From: Lingula anatina | Taxonomy: Eukaryota > Animalia > Brachiopoda | NCBI GenBank assembly: GCA_051362555.1 | Contig: CM120640.1 | Span: forward strand, 51,500,788 to 51,564,787 | Length of the DNA: 64,000 nt | Direction of reading: 5' to 3' | Shown: piece after piece, positions 48,299 to 63,100 of the stretch | Layout: each line of letters starts with the position of its first letter | Numbering within the stretch: the stretch's first letter is position 1 | Notes under the pieces: model-generated | Database searches by the model: none | Told to the model about the DNA's origin: nothing | Seen by the model: the letters and a program-made list of their open reading frames with translations, nothing else | Program-made: the position numbers and the translations under genes

Positions 48299-51200
48299 GT
48301 CATGTTAACACAGACGGAATAAGTAACTTGAAGAGATACATTGATTGTGATTCAATTTTCAATACAATAGACAGAAGAGAAGTTTCCTTGTCAACTTTGA
48401 CATGATGTGACATTTGAAACTGCTGGAGTCCTTGTATTGTGGGAAAATGAAGTAAAACTCAATAACCAATTATGAAACATTCAAGTGTTTTTGACAGTGA
48501 GCGGTCATCCTTAACATATTACGTGGTTTTGCATGTTTTCCCTAACCGCTTATGACGTAAATACCACTGCAGCAATTTATTAAGTTAGTGGAGTACATGC
48601 TGCCTCAAAACAGCACGCTGTAACGGGCTTGGTGTGAAATAATGACAGACTGCCTTCAACTACCGGTGTCTAGCATCATGCAGCGGTGAAAGCCTCCCTT
48701 TTCACAACCACGTCAATTGAGATTATACAAAAATTATTATTTGATTAAAAAATCTTAGCTGTATTGAACGAACGGTGATACTCGAAGTTTGTATAAAAAT
48801 CTGATACCCCCAGTATTGAATGATTCACTCCCGCTGTTCTTTGATAATGCATGAATATATACCAGACTAAAGTGCTGTAATAAAATGTCGTATATTTGTG
48901 ATTTATTGAAAATGAGAGTGGTGATGAGAGCCCAGTGCATTTGTTCCTGGATGCCAAACATTAATGACCGGCAGTCAATGTTGGATATTTCGCTAACAAT
49001 TATCTTTAACGTATCTACTGTTAAATGCATTCATTCATGTAAGAAAAAAATCCCACTAGCCATAAAAAGTCAATTTTGATATTAGTATTTCCAAGAGTTG
49101 TTTTAGTTCACTCTGACTCTGGGATGCGGCAAATGCGTGGAAGTTTATTGAATAGATGTCTAGGAATAATAACATTTATTTGCTATTGACTTTTTTGTGT
49201 AGATTATAAAACTCCAAAATATTCCGGATTCTCTGGGAGAAAAAATTTTAATGACCGTGAAGTCTCCATAATTTAAACTCAAGGAGAGACAATCATTTTC
49301 TTTGCTATTTCTTCAGTTGATTTATTTTCAAATTCAGCATTAACTTCGGATTGTTAGAAAACCATGAAGTTGCAGATAACGCAAATGATTGACACTAAGT
49401 AGTAGCATACGGCTATCGCCACTGAGTGGGGGAAGAGGAGGATGCACTGTGTCTGTTAAAGTGGAAAAATCCATACCAAATCTCAAGTAGGCATCGAATA
49501 GGGTTCAGCCAGTTCAAGCGGAATAGCACGCCTTCAATAATTTGAAAGTGCAGTTTTATTAAATCTCTCATAAAAAGTGAACGCACTCTTTTAGAGCAAA
49601 ATTTATCTTTCAGCTGCACATGCCATAGAACATAAAACACCAATAGAGTAGCCACCTTGGTTTGATGTCAGAAATATAGTTATAAGTTGCTGTGAATATA
49701 AGTTGCAGCACAACCCAACTAATTTAATGAAAATACTGGGGATGATTTTGTGTCTGCGGTACAGTAAAGTTAATTTAACGGATGGGTCACAGAGACCGAG
49801 GGGATTACTTTACATCGAAGCTGCATAGAATCCTTCACACTTCTGGGGTAGGGGGGTGTATTTCACCCTTTCAAAGAAAGTGTATGGCCGACAAGCGGAC
49901 GCCATATACTTTTTACTATCTCTTCCATCTCAAACTCAGAATGGCATCTGAATACAGACTGTCTCGGTTATTAAGAAAGTTTAATTTATACATTAAACTG
50001 TTATCATTTACTCAGTAGCGTCTAAAACTCAAAATTCAAACTGTTTTCTCGAATTATATACTTATTGGAGTTATCTTTCACTCATCATTTTTCACGGGAG
50101 CAGGCTGGGTTGGTATACGACAATGACAGTGCCCTCTTTCATTGTCGCCACTATATAAAGTGAAACCTTTGATACTGTTGGAAAAAAAATTGCATTATCA
50201 TCTTATCAATCATTTATTGCCATTCAACATACTACAAAAGGTCCCCTTTCATTCCATGGTGGAAAGTGAAACGAAATCTATAGGAAGAAAGAAAAGAAAA
50301 AGGTTCGAAAGAAAGTACGTTTATTCAAAATGAATATTGGGGAAAAAGTCTTCTATATCAACATTTGTTGCAATCAAGATTTTTTATCAATTGTTGATTG
50401 TCCCGAATCTCTGACGTCATCAGCATTGATGCTTATTTCCTAGAAGCGAGGAACCTTTCATAGATACAAATAATCTTGATTGCAATTCAGATCCGTTCTA
50501 CTGTTTTGACCAAAAATCCCCACAGGCTATTTTAATGATCTTACCCTTATGCGTTCTTGACATCAGACCAATCAAATATTTGCAGCGACATAAATCGCAA
50601 TTTTGAGCGGCTACAATTCGCACACCTGTCTATGAACACATTAAAAGCTAAAAGCATCATCCACGTTTCGCTAGCATCGTTATATTGCAATCAACTATTT
50701 CAATTTTTTCTGGGCATAAATGTGTCTTAGGAGATTGTGTGAAATGCGATAATCAAGGCATAATAGTGCCAACGTAGGGGTATCACACACGGATGGCATG
50801 CATGTAAAGACCAATATACAAATATAGAGTGTATATACCAAAGATTTAAAAGCAGGGATACGTGTCAAGGGGTGAAACACACAGATAACATGCGTGCCAA
50901 GGGGATAAACACGAAAATGTGCGTACCAACTTTAACAATTTGGTAAACAAAGGGATAACATGCATACCAAGGGGGCAAACACAGGGATAGCATGCGTGCC
51001 AAGGGTGTAAACACGTATCATGTATACCAAGGAGGTAAAGACAGAGATAACATGTGTACCAAGAGGGTAGACACAGGGAAACGTGCATAGCAAGGGATTG
51101 GGAATTTGGTAAACAAAGGGATAGCATGCGTCTCAATGGGGGTAAACACAGGGATAATGCACGTATCAATGAGTAGACACATAGGTAACATGCGTATCAT

Positions 51201-54200
51201 AGATGTAAACAGGGGTAGTATGCGAGCAAAGGAACACATTAATAAATGGCTTCTCATAATTGTATTATCAGGCAATAGGTACGTGCTAAATACAGAATGT
51301 TACTGTACGAATGATCGTAACAAGCCGAACATTTCCACAATGTTGTAAACAGATTCATTTTATTGTATCAGAATTTATTGTCATTTAGATTAACAGGTTT
51401 GTATCTCCTTTTCAGTTCGTATTCCAGATGAACACCGTCTACTGGAGAAGTTGATGAAAAAGTATGAGAGTGGAGCACGACCGGTCATCAATGCTTCAGA
51501 CAGCGTTGTAATCGAATTTGGAATGACACTCATCCAAATTATCAATATGGTGAGAGAGAGAGAGAGGGAGAGAGAGAGAGAGAGAGAGAGTTATCTGGGA
51601 ATCGGCACCATCTAAGCTAGCTGTCATCGCACAGCGTCAGTGTACTTGGAAATTAATAACACCTTCTCCTTTTTTTCTTTTCTTTTTTTTTTTTTTAATG
51701 TACGTAAACATTGGAGGTTTGCTCTATTCAAAACATCCAGCGATCTCGTCTTTTATAACAAACACGTATCTCGTTTATACGTACATGTATTCCAACGAAG
51801 CGTCAAATCAAGAAGTAGGGGGTGACACCTGATTGGCATAAATTGGGCCTCATCCCTTATAAAATATTTTAATTTGCGATCATGGCTCTGACAAAACAAT
51901 CTGGTTGTTTATATATAAATGTGTTGCTCCTTAATAGTTCCCACAGTTTAAATTGATACACTGTCTCAAACATTAGTGATATTATAAGGTCACTTAATCA
52001 TTCAAGATCGAGGGTAACAGACCTGATCCAATATTATTGTTTATTTTGTCTTTTTAAAGTATATGCTGTAATTGTTCTTTCCCGAGCAAAATGATCTTCT
52101 TTATGCATGCCGTGAAATATACTGTATCACATTTCAGGACGAAAAACATCAAGTCATGGCAGTGAATGTTTGGCTTGAACATGTAGGTAGGATTAAGGCG
52201 AAGTTATTAAATGCATTTATTGCTCATTTCATTTGTAATAGGAATTTAGCTTACTAAATAGTACAATAGTATTTTGAAGCAATTCTACATTCTTCGAATT
52301 AATCAAAATGATTAGGCAAAGGAAGTAACACGCTTTTGCAGAATAAATTGGAATAAATGATCTATCTATGTAGTAAAGTACATGTACTTTAGTTTGGTTT
52401 ATCAGCCTTATTGCTGCTCTGTACCAAATCCACATATCAATTACTCTGTTTGCATATCAGGGCTGGGTAGATCAAAGGATTCACTGGAATCCGGATGAAT
52501 TTGGCGGGCTAACCATGATACGCATACCAGCTAGCAGATTATGGTTACCGGATATAGTGCTGTACAACAAGTAGGTGCTAAAGACTGTGTGCGCAATGGG
52601 TTGTGTGCACATTGGGTTTAACAGCGATTCTAAACGAATCTATAAAGGATTTCAACATTTTTGCGAGGTGCCCCCCACCACTATCCTTTAGATGTTCACG
52701 GTTTGGACAACATGCTCACCGCCCCCCGAATTAATTGCAAACAAAGCTGTTGAACCAGGGTTTTTGCTGTGGAAATGTATAATTGCAGTTTTACTCAGTC
52801 TTGCGTCTCGTTATCCCGTTAATATGCAAGCACGGCTTCTAATTTCAACTGCTCAGCAGTGCAAAATCATCTGTTTCTTTGACATTTGCAACAGTTACAG
52901 CGTATTAGGATTTTTGTTTGAAAAAATCTTTGCTAGCAACTTAAGACAGCTGGAGTGAATCTTTTGTCCAATATCTCCATCTTTCATATCTTTAGCCCCG
53001 AGGGAATGTATAATTGTCGCTGATGGATTTGGTATTTTTGAGAAATTTAGGCAATTTGTTTGCACACACCCAATTTATCATCCGTAATTCAATTCTGGTC
53101 AGAGCATTGCAAATAATTTCATTGACTTCATGGTACCTGTATCATTATATGAGATAATTTTATAATGCTCGACCCTGGTCACAGTCTTGGTTCTGTCAGG
53201 AACGAAATATGCTTTGATATCGGCCTATTGGCGCCCTTCGAATGAAAACATCATTTCAACAACTAACATTAATTCCGTGGTACAACCCTGACCGAATAAC
53301 GAATTGAGAAATATTACAGATCTTTATTGCTATTTGATGTTCTAACTTTTGTTATTATAGTGCCGACGACTACACCACGGGTTACATGCCAGCTAACGCT
53401 ATGGTTGCAAGCAGTGGGTATGTTTTCTGGTCTCCACCGGCCAGGCTGAGGAGCTCGTGCAAGGTCGATATCTCGCTTTTCCCCTTTGACGTGCAAAAAT
53501 GTGCCTTGAAGTTCGGCTCCTGGAGTTACGAGAAAGCACAGGTCGACATGAACAGCACTCGAGATCAGGCTGAACTGCGGGAGTATGTAATCAACGGAGA
53601 ATGGGAGCTGCTGAATGCCAGTATGGTCCGCAATGAAGTGAAATATCCAATCAGTGATATCTCAGTCTATCCTGATGTAACCGTGACATTTGTGATACGC
53701 CGGCGCGTGCTGTACTACACATTACACATCCTGTTCCCCTGTATTTGCCTTAATGTTTTGAGCTTGCTGACGTTTTGCCTTCCGCCAGACAGCGGTGAGA
53801 AAATTACCCTCGGAATCACCGTCCTGTTGTCTTATTCGGTCTTCATGCTTCTGGTTGCAGATAAGATGCCGCCGACATCGGAATTCGTTCCAATAATCGG
53901 TGTGTACATAGCACTTTCATTTCCTTGTGGTACCTAAGATCAAACAGCCGACAATTATGTTAAATCTCCCTGGAAAAAGAATTTATCCAGAGACCTAATA
54001 CAGTAAAATTTGATGTGCTTATTTGAATACAGAGCACGTGCAAAATAGAAAAGAAACTTCCAATATGTACAATACGTTTGTCTGGGGATGATGAAGTCAT
54101 TTTAACGGCATGGACTGTCTTTACTCTTACATTAACCCCTTACTTGTGTAATGATGCTTTTAAAGTAACGAAGTAGGAGCTTGCTTGGTCGAAAAGTCAA

Positions 54201-54905
54201 TGGTTTGCGTGTGGTCTATTTGGATCACAAATTTATATTAATAACTACTATTAAAGAACAGTTTTAATTGAAATTATTGTAATATTTTTTCCAGCTATAT
54301 ACCTAACTGTGTCTATGGCAGTTACTTCTATCTCGTGTGTAACGACAGTACTGGTACTGAAGATCCACTTCGCGTCACCCAACCCCAAACCGGTTCCTGA
54401 ACTGGTCAAGCGACTCTTCTTCAGTAAGGCAGATTGTGCCCGCGCCAGAGAAACGTCTGTGTGTCTAGGCTCTCGCCAACAAAAAGAAAGTGACTTTTCC
54501 TTTAAAAGGCGATCGGGTAAATATAGCGCCGATAAAGGGGGTGTTTCTTCCAGATTGTTAGGGGACCCTGCTCAGAAATCTCCCATTCACAACGGTTGCC
54601 ATATTGGCATTACTACCTCTAACAATAACTCAGCCAAGCGCTTAGCCAGGCAGGAATCACTGTCGGATGACGAATGCATCGTAACGAGACAGGCTAAGAT
54701 CACCCCTGGGGATCAAATGGTCAAATATTTGCAAGGCCTGGTAAAGAAAAGAGAACTAGAAGAGAAAGTACAAGTGATGAGCAGAGAATGGAAACTGTTG
54801 GCCGCCAAAGTGGACAGTTTCTTATTCTATTTTTTCGGCGGTGGAATGGTAATTTCCACGCTGTTGCTGTTGGTTGCCGTTCCTTTCAGTACGTCATATA
54901 ACTAG
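45284..54905 (+). CDS. Nicotinic acetylcholine receptor-family Cys-loop subunit, cation-type, non-alpha (~499 aa)
   Basis: Exons 45284-45344 (signal peptide MNKLVVCVLYLWLQGAEA; least certain, with an in-frame ATG also at 45257), 51416-51549, 52138-52182, 52461-52570, 53361-53899, 54295-54905; 1500 nt, phase-consistent. Motifs EHRLL..RPV.N, WLPDIVLYNNA, Cys-loop CKVDISLFPFDVQKC, FGSWSY, M2 PPDSGEKITLGITVLLS and M4 EWKLLAAKVD. Confidence 0.92.
48250..48297. repeat. (TTA)n microsatellite
   Basis: Directly visible. Other runs: (CT)n at 45997-46023 and (GA)n at 51552-51590. Confidence 0.95.
50368..50485. mobile_element. Small fold-back/MITE-like inverted repeat
   Basis: TTGCAATCAAGATT (50368-50381) and AATCTTGATTGCAA (50472-50485) form perfect 14-bp arms that extend imperfectly inward. 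Confidence 0.5.
50845..51225. repeat. Degenerate ~32-bp minisatellite in nAChR intron 1
   Basis: Recurring GGGGTAAACACAGGGATAACATGCGT(G/A)CCAA-like unit, about 10-12 copies. Confidence 0.85.
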
Positions 54906-57900
54906 TTTTCTTACTACATATTCATACCATGTTGCTTTGCATCTTGCTGTGCTTTAAGTCGTTATAAATAGTTCTCTAAGATAAAAGGAACATACATCGT
55001 AGCATGAACAATACAAATGGCACGGCTTGTGTTAGACACAAAGTGACGCAAGGAAACCACTGAAAGGAAAATAATATTCACACATAGAGACAAGCACAGA
55101 GGGGCCTACAGCCAGTAGGCTAAGGGGAATGTAGAAAAAAGCTAACCGTTGCCAATAAGATATTGTGCTTTGCACCTGATTATGTTATACCGGACTGATT
55201 GAGTTTTCATTTGGAAATACTGAAAAAGGGCATACCGGATTATATCTGATTGCATATAATGTTCATTTCTCAGCTAAATGAATACATATCATTATTGTTA
55301 ATTTTAAGACGAAAAGATGTAATCGGCCAATTATTTTCCCTTAATTTATGTTTATATGAGTTAATTTGATTTTTGGTTTTAGCAGATTCTTCCAGCTGTG
55401 CGTGCCACCATTTTATTCGTGTTTATTAATGAGATATGCAGACACTGTATGAATGTAAAATATTTTGTGTGCGATTGTCTTATGCAGCTTTCATTTGCTG
55501 GGTCTCATTATTTCTCCTCTACCATGAGACTTAATAATTTAATTATCATCTGTCTATGAGAATAAATTGACATGAGTTTTCGTCGCCATTGATAACATTG
55601 ACGTTTCCATTAATACCCAACTTTTTTTATTATGAAATGTTGGTGAAAGACGCTATATGTTTTAGGGACGTTATAATGATGATAAAAAGCAACCCAAATC
55701 AAACTAATCATTTATAATTTACACTTGTTTCTACACAAGGTTCATTTAGTACAACTGGGGCATTAACACACGCGTATTAACACTGCAGCTACTAATAAAA
55801 CGATGACTATCTTAAGTGATTGAATTAGGGGAGGAGGGAGCGGTTGCTCGAAGAGTTGACACAAAAACGTCACGTACTTTTAGTGTTTAACAAATATACT
55901 TCCGAGGCGTAAGCGTGTATTTAAAGTAAAAGCACAAGCAGTTGTTTCAGTTAACGGCCGATACAAATTAACTACAAAATGTCACATTATTGCTCTAGGT
56001 CATACTTAGATTTTAAATTAAATAAAGGCCTTTTAGGAAACCAGTGACGATGGACTTCAGTGACTTCAGACTTCAATTGTGACCATATTACACTTTACAC
56101 TGGTCAGTTTTGCCACATCTTTTCTTACCCTAGGCTAAGGGCCAAAGATAAAAAAGTTGCTCAAAAGGCAACTGAACAATTTTAATGTTTGAGGCTAACA
56201 GAACTATATTTTAAGCTTATTATTGTTGTTTGTTGGTTAATTAAAGCAATTCGACCAAAAAATTGAACGACTCCAGTCCCTTATTTTCATATTGACAAGG
56301 TAACTGGCGCGTTATGTGGACGGCCATCCGAGTAATGAGTGCATTTAGAAAAAAATATTCAGCAGATAAAACAGCCCCGTTTCCTTGTATATAAATTTGA
56401 CAGAGCATCAACGTCTAGAAAGCCTTCCAGGAATTTCTAATTGATACTGTATCTTATTGCAAAGATGCTACTTTATCTTAGATAGACAATTAAATAATGC
56501 AGTTATGGCATGTAGGCTGGTTCCTCCATGTTAAACACTTACAGATTTAAACGTTAAGCATCGCTGCTTGTTTAACGTTTACCATTTTTGCGGTTGTTTA
56601 TGACTTAGAGCGCCATTTAAAACAGGTAAGAGGAGAGTTCCATTCTTAAAAATGAAGGTTTCAATTGTTTTTCTTTGCAGTTCACTTTTAATAATTAGAG
56701 TCTAGACTCTTACATATCTTCAGAGAAATTGCCAAGCGCGTTATTCTTTGTTTGCATAAGGGCCACCGAGTGTAATCAAAATGGTTTAGACAAACGTCAG
56801 GAGTCATGGCTTCCTGAAGGATTTTGAAATTGAAAATAGGTAAGGTACGGCTTCCTTGTGTGAGTGCAGTGCATAAAATGAAAAGGAAAACGATCGATAC
56901 TCCATTATATATTTGTGTATCTTGAATACCTTAAACAATTGTGAAATCTCTGGGATTTGAAAATGCTTAACAGTGTTGAATATATGGTTTAAGGATGAAA
57001 CAGCAAATTATCCTTTACGAATATCAGTCACCTACTCCGGTAAAAGCACTATGTGCCCGCTGCCTAGGCGGCAAAACCAGTTATATGCCATTTACGTTTG
57101 GTTTCTGTCCATAGTTTTCTTTATAGGAATAGCACAACTTTTCTATTTATTGTGAACTAAATAGTATAGTAAGAATAAGTATGGTGTGAAACCAAAGAGG
57201 AGAGAAGCAAGTAATAAACATCGACACAAGCAAAGTGATCATTAAATAAGTCACGGTTCAATTTTCACCCCATGGAGTTGCTGCTTTGCTTGTAATTGTG
57301 AACATAATCATAGAGTAGCATAAATCGATCTTTTAAGTTTTTTTGTGCTTTTTTATGCTTCACGACAAAACCGCTAAATGTCCCATATCCTGTCAATCGT
57401 AAATCTGTTCTTGTGAATTTGAATACCAGCATCAAAATTGACATTTTTTGGCACGTTCCACACTGAACTGCTAATTGAGGTTTGATCCCTTAAGCTATTA
57501 TTTGCGGTGAGACAAACCATACTCTTTCTCTCTATGTAAGATCTTACAGTTTGACAGCTAGCTTTGAGGAGAAGATTATCGATGACTTGGTGAGTCTCCC
57601 ATAGAATCCCGGTTCTGGCAACAAACGTGGAAGTCTGCTTTTTATTAAACAAGACGTTAGTGTTTGACTGTTGCGGACGTGAAAAAGAGTTCATTGAACA
57701 GAAACTAATGAAGTCAAACGTCTGCATTGTTGTATTTGTTTACAGCATGCTTTCGTTAAATCTGTGCTTGATTAGAAAAGACGCCTTAATATTTTGGCAG
57801 GTCTTCAGAACTATTGCATGTTAATTAGACTTAAGAATTGGCCACCCCTGAGGATTGTTAGCTTGCAATCTGCACATCCACCGAGCAATTATGTTTTCCC

Positions 57901-59956
57901 ATTATCTTTAGTTTGTTTCTGGATCAACATTGGCGACATGCGATTACTGTGACTAGTCTACTTCGTTGTTTGTCATATAATAGAAAGCATGTTTCATATT
58001 GAAAGGCCCGTTTAACATTCCCAGAAAAGGAATGCGTGTATTTAAAAATCACACGAACACTAAATCGTGTCTGGCTAAATTACAGGTAATCTGTGTACCT
58101 GGAATTCCACTCACCGACCTTAGGAGAACCTGTCAGATAGTTAATAGACTGCGCTTGTGCGAAAGCAACCAACCATCGCACAGACAATCCACTGGAAAAC
58201 AAGAGAACGTGAATGTACTGCAGCTGAAAAGGCTAAAATAACCGGAAGGTAAGTAATATCATGATTATACTGTGCACTGTATACTGTTATTACAACGCCG
58301 TATTCATCAGTACATTATTTATAGGGATATTTTTGTAACTGAACTTTTCCAGTTTAGAAAACGTACTATATAGTACATGTACTCATAAAAAGAATTGGAA
58401 AGGATTGCATAGAAAAGGGATTGTGTTTAATGTCACTAGATAATACTCACCACTTCCTTATCCCTTAATAGTCTTTCCATATACATAGCAAAAAAAAAAA
58501 GATAATATGTACGTGCTTTGAATCAAGATGATATAATAAATTCTGCTGGTAACACAAGGGGGGGCGTAAAAATCGGTGCTTATCGCTGTTATTATGGTGC
58601 AAATCTGGTATTAATTGCAGTATTAAAATGATGCAGATTTTTACATGATTAAAATGTGTGGTGTCTGTAATTTCAGAGACGAAGTAAAATTTCGATACAC
58701 AATTGAAAAAATGAATGTAAACAGCAATTTGATATGTTTGAATATAGAATATTTCAGCTATCTGAAACGATTATAAGAACAGATCGATTAAAAAAATGAA
58801 ATTAGATAAATTGATGTTTTTTTTTCATAAGTTAAAAATGGGGTTTTAAGACGTTGTACACTAATATTTCGAAATTAATAGTCAAAATAGGTAAGAATGC
58901 CGACAGAGAGACAGATAAACATACACACAGTCGGGATGGCGGGAAATCAGAAAGAGACACCGGCAGGCCGGAAAAAGCATTTTACAATCTCTCTATATAA
59001 AAGTCAAGACAGCGACCGTTTACACTTATATTGAATTTAGCGACATTAGCTACAAAGACTGCTTATAACGTACACTGTATGTACTTGTATGCGTACACGC
59101 ACTGCGAGTTAGCCTTAAGAAGCACAGTAAGAAAAGTTGCATGCATGAGGAACGCAAGGATGTCTTTTTTGTGTGTATAATCTGATTATCATTAAACGGT
59201 ACAATACGCTGATTTTTCATTTACGGACGGATTTCACGAACACCATTCCCCAAAACTAAGGTGGGATACTTGGACCGTCGCCAGTCACCTTTCATTGATA
59301 TCCTTACGGAACTCGGCGGGGAACAGAGCAAATATATTAAAACAATGGGTTCTTAGGTTAAAATAATAAAACGTAGAAATTGTTTGATTTGAAGGGACTG
59401 CTCACTAATATGCAAACTAGAAAAAAGTTAATAGATGTTTTAATGGATATGGCTTTTATCTAATTTAAGTGTTTATGCAATTTCCAGCCGGTGCGTTATA
59501 CAAGCGAATAATCCGTTGCGCAACTGTGAATATTTCACTCAAATGCGTGCCCCACAGCTAGGGAAATATACAGGGGTATGTCAGTTCTTTGAGACGTTTG
59601 TTTTGCATTCTGTCCAGCGTAACGATGCGGCAACATTTAATTAAACGTCATTTCACTCAACTGCATTAAAAACATTCACTGTGTCAACAAAAGAAATAGA
59701 CCATGCTTGGTCAAATCAGATGTACTTGATCCGGTTCAGTCAGCCAAGAAAGTTACAGCCTGTTAGGGTTGACTTGAAAACATAAGCCGTCTTTAAAGCC
59801 GAGGAACCTCTAGACCATTCATGCAATTTGCGAGGGGCACAGTGACAATTCGTCGTGCTGGCTTTCGATTGCCTTCGTATAGGATTCGCCAAGAAGGTGG
59901 GGTAGAGATAGACTTAAATAGTGTTTATCCCTAAATCCATCTGATGTAACATATAA

Positions 59957-60183
59957 AGCAAAAAATGTTATACCGCGATATATTCCGACCAAACTCTACG
60001 GGTTCAACTTAATACTCTGAAATTTCCAGATTAGTTAATAAATTGCGGTCCCGTTTAGTACTGACGTACTCTAACCAATATTATATTTTACATTTCAAAC
60101 TGAATGTTATCATTATAATTTAAGAATATTAAGCTGAACTCCTTAAGTCATGTCCGAATATATCGTGGAATAACATTTTTGCT
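59957..60183. mobile_element. Fold-back MITE-like element (~227 bp)
   Basis: AGCAAAAAATGTTATACCGCGATATATTCCGAC is the imperfect inverse of GTCCGAATATATCGTGGAATAACATTTTTGCT. Inner arms CAACTTAATACTCT and AGAATATTAAGCTG also pair. Confidence 0.65.
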
Positions 60184-63100
60184 ATAGGCCCTATCATTCT
60201 CAACTTCACAATGACCAGCATTCAAAAGTGAAATATGATCCGAAGTGCGTGCAAATAAAATTAACTAAATGGCATTGTAAACAGCTACTATGTTATGGCT
60301 TTGAAGTAGTATTTCCTAATATTTCGTGAACTTTATGACTCTACGTGGTGTGAGCCGCCCTGGAGGTTACACTGCAAAGAAATTCGTGTGCTTTCATTAG
60401 AAAAACCTGAATAAAGTTGACTTTGTAAATCTCTTTGAACCTTTACTGTTTTTGACCTCGTCGAACAAAGCCTTGCAAAGTCTTTGATAAAACCAAATAA
60501 AGTAAAAGCATTCGTGCTTCAGAATCGTTTGAATTGTTTATTTCCCCTGAACAGTGTCCCCATGCTGCAGCACTGATCTTATCTTGCCTCTTTTCAAAAC
60601 AGAAAAACATATTATAATGAGATATTCGATCTAGAACCACTTGCAGTAATTGAGGATACCGGTACTTTTGTTTCGAAGTTTGTTCACAGTCAAATAAAAA
60701 GAACAACCAAGTGGATATTAAGATTAAATCTCAATAAGACAAAGCAAATAAAGAAATGGCATTGTTGCCTGCGTATGTTTCTTCTTTTTTTCTAAATAGA
60801 AACATTGATTTAACTCCTGCATGGTGCAGATGTTTGGTTAGCCGCATCTGAAAATGAATCATAACAAGGGCTTAATATGGGCTTATTCAACAGAAAAAGC
60901 GATGAATCATGGGGGACCTCACTCAACAGGACTGTCTTTGCGCGTGTGATAACAAATGAATGACGCGACGTTTTATGCAGTACACGACACGAAAAGAAAG
61001 GGTGACCTAGTGGGGTGGCTGTTTGACCCTAATCGACCTCTATTAGAAACAATTTAATTCTGGCCAAAGCTAGCGCCCTGCACACCACGTTTGACCCATA
61101 AGGTAACTAACTCTTACTTCAGGGACGCCTGGAAGAAGTTGATATGATTATTTGAGGTGGGTTATTTTATCACAATGCCTTTTGTATTTTCTCTTTTTCC
61201 TACATTTAATTTTTCAACTTTTTCAATTTTAAGTAGTCAAGATCGATGCACCAGGTTTTTTTTTCAGCTTTTCATGTAACAAATTTCGTGTGGTTTACTA
61301 TTTCCGTCCCTCCCAATGAGTTTTTTTTTTCTGTCTAATTTATTAGATTCTTTCTTTTCTTTTTATGAATATTTGGTTCATTGGCTCTTAAAAAAGAAGT
61401 TATTTGTGCAAGGCCTTTCTGAATATTCATTGAAATAATAGTCTCGGTAAGTACAGTATATTTCATCTGAGGAATCTGAATTTCTATACTTCTTAATTCA
61501 ACACATTTTCACAATTATCTCATGAATAAAAATGCCACAGTTAGGAATGTGACTTGGCATACAGTTGTGCTGGTGGCATTGGGGTATATATAACAACTAG
61601 AATTCAGTTATGAATAAATATAACTCAAAGACGCCATTCTGTAGAGTGACATTGAAAGACATGATGTCAGAGGAAAAAAAACAATGTAGGCCTACTAAGC
61701 AGCTCGCCCTGGACGTTTCATCTCCAACAAAAACCAAATATTAGTAGCTTTGAGTAGGTGCATCCCTAGGCGTCAATTGAATTATGTTATAAGATCTCCC
61801 GTGGAAGAAAACTAGATTTTTAAACTTGTTTTGATGACCAAGAAAACTAATGATATTCAGGGAACTATAGAGGTCAGGCTCTGATAAAACTTGTTGTCCA
61901 AGTTTAATGTGCAAAGTGATCTTTAGTTGATTTATTTGATTGCAAGTCAACAAGAAACACATTTTACCAAATTAGGTACAAAGCAAGAAAATAGTTGTAT
62001 TTTGGTTTTTCACAGATGGGTGAAGTGATTAAAATATTTGACTTACTGACACAGATTTGGGCCAGTGTAAAGATTTTGAGTACGCCTATTTAGTTTGCGC
62101 ACAATAGCCCCACAATAATCAAAACTTATTGAAAGTATCAATTGACATATATAAACAAAGAGGATATACATTTCCAAAACTTGACCAAGAGTCCTAAACA
62201 TCAAAGAACGTGTTCGCACATTCACAAATTCAGCTTGTTTGGGCCATTCCAAAGATTGGATGTAAGTGTGATAAATTCACTTTCTTCTTACTTATAGTAT
62301 TTTTGCTCAAATTACACAATATGCTTTTTTTCGGATAGATGCTTTGTTTTCAGACGCAAAATACATAGAATTTGTCGGCCTTCCTTGGCTAGGTTATTAG
62401 AAATGCGATCTGTGGGAACTGTACACAACATTCACTTGTGGTGGAAATTGGCAATTTAATAAAAATATATTTGAGTTTATATCTTCAATATAATATTAAA
62501 CTTTCTTAGTTGTAACTATAATACAAAATAAACACAATTAAAGTCCAACCCAAAATTTGGTCGCAGTAGATTTCCACAACGCTGCATTCCCTTACCTTCT
62601 ACATTGTACCAGGGTGGCAGGTGTTATAGGCACGTTTTCCACATTTCCACCCTGTAACTTTTGGCCAGATGGAAGCAATTAAATCGCATTCCCTGTTGTA
62701 TTATGAATCCACTGGCTAGTCATCTGGCTTAAACGGCAATGTTGTCATACTAACGTATGGTTAATGAATCCGTTCTGGCAATCAGAGTTAGTAAATTTTG
62801 GTGTGTTTTTGTAATAATCGGAGGGTAACCATTTGTGTAGGTCTACGTAGTCCGAAAGCAAGTACAGATTTCAGAATAACTGCAAAAAATCGTTTTGGTC
62901 GTAAAATGGAATTAATTATATTTCTCTGTGTCGTTTACAGTGTATTTTTGTGGAATTCTGATCCTGACATGAAGGGTTGTTATCCCTTTAACTAAAAGTG
63001 TAGGTGTAGTTGTTGTTACCACCCATAGCGTGTAGGGGTGTGAGCCTACTGAGCAGTGTCATTTTCTGTTTATCACAGTGTACAATGTACATGTAATAGA

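Noticed and set aside
58180-59010. Possible first exon or promoter of a further gene (donor AAG|GTAAGT near 58249, TATATAAA near 58995)
   Set aside because: No linked coding exon could be identified, and such motifs are frequent in AT-rich DNA.
62907-62995. Signal-peptide-like ORF MELIIFLCVVYSVFLW
   Set aside because: No convincing splice donor or downstream exon in the window; hydrophobic short ORFs are common in T-rich sequence.
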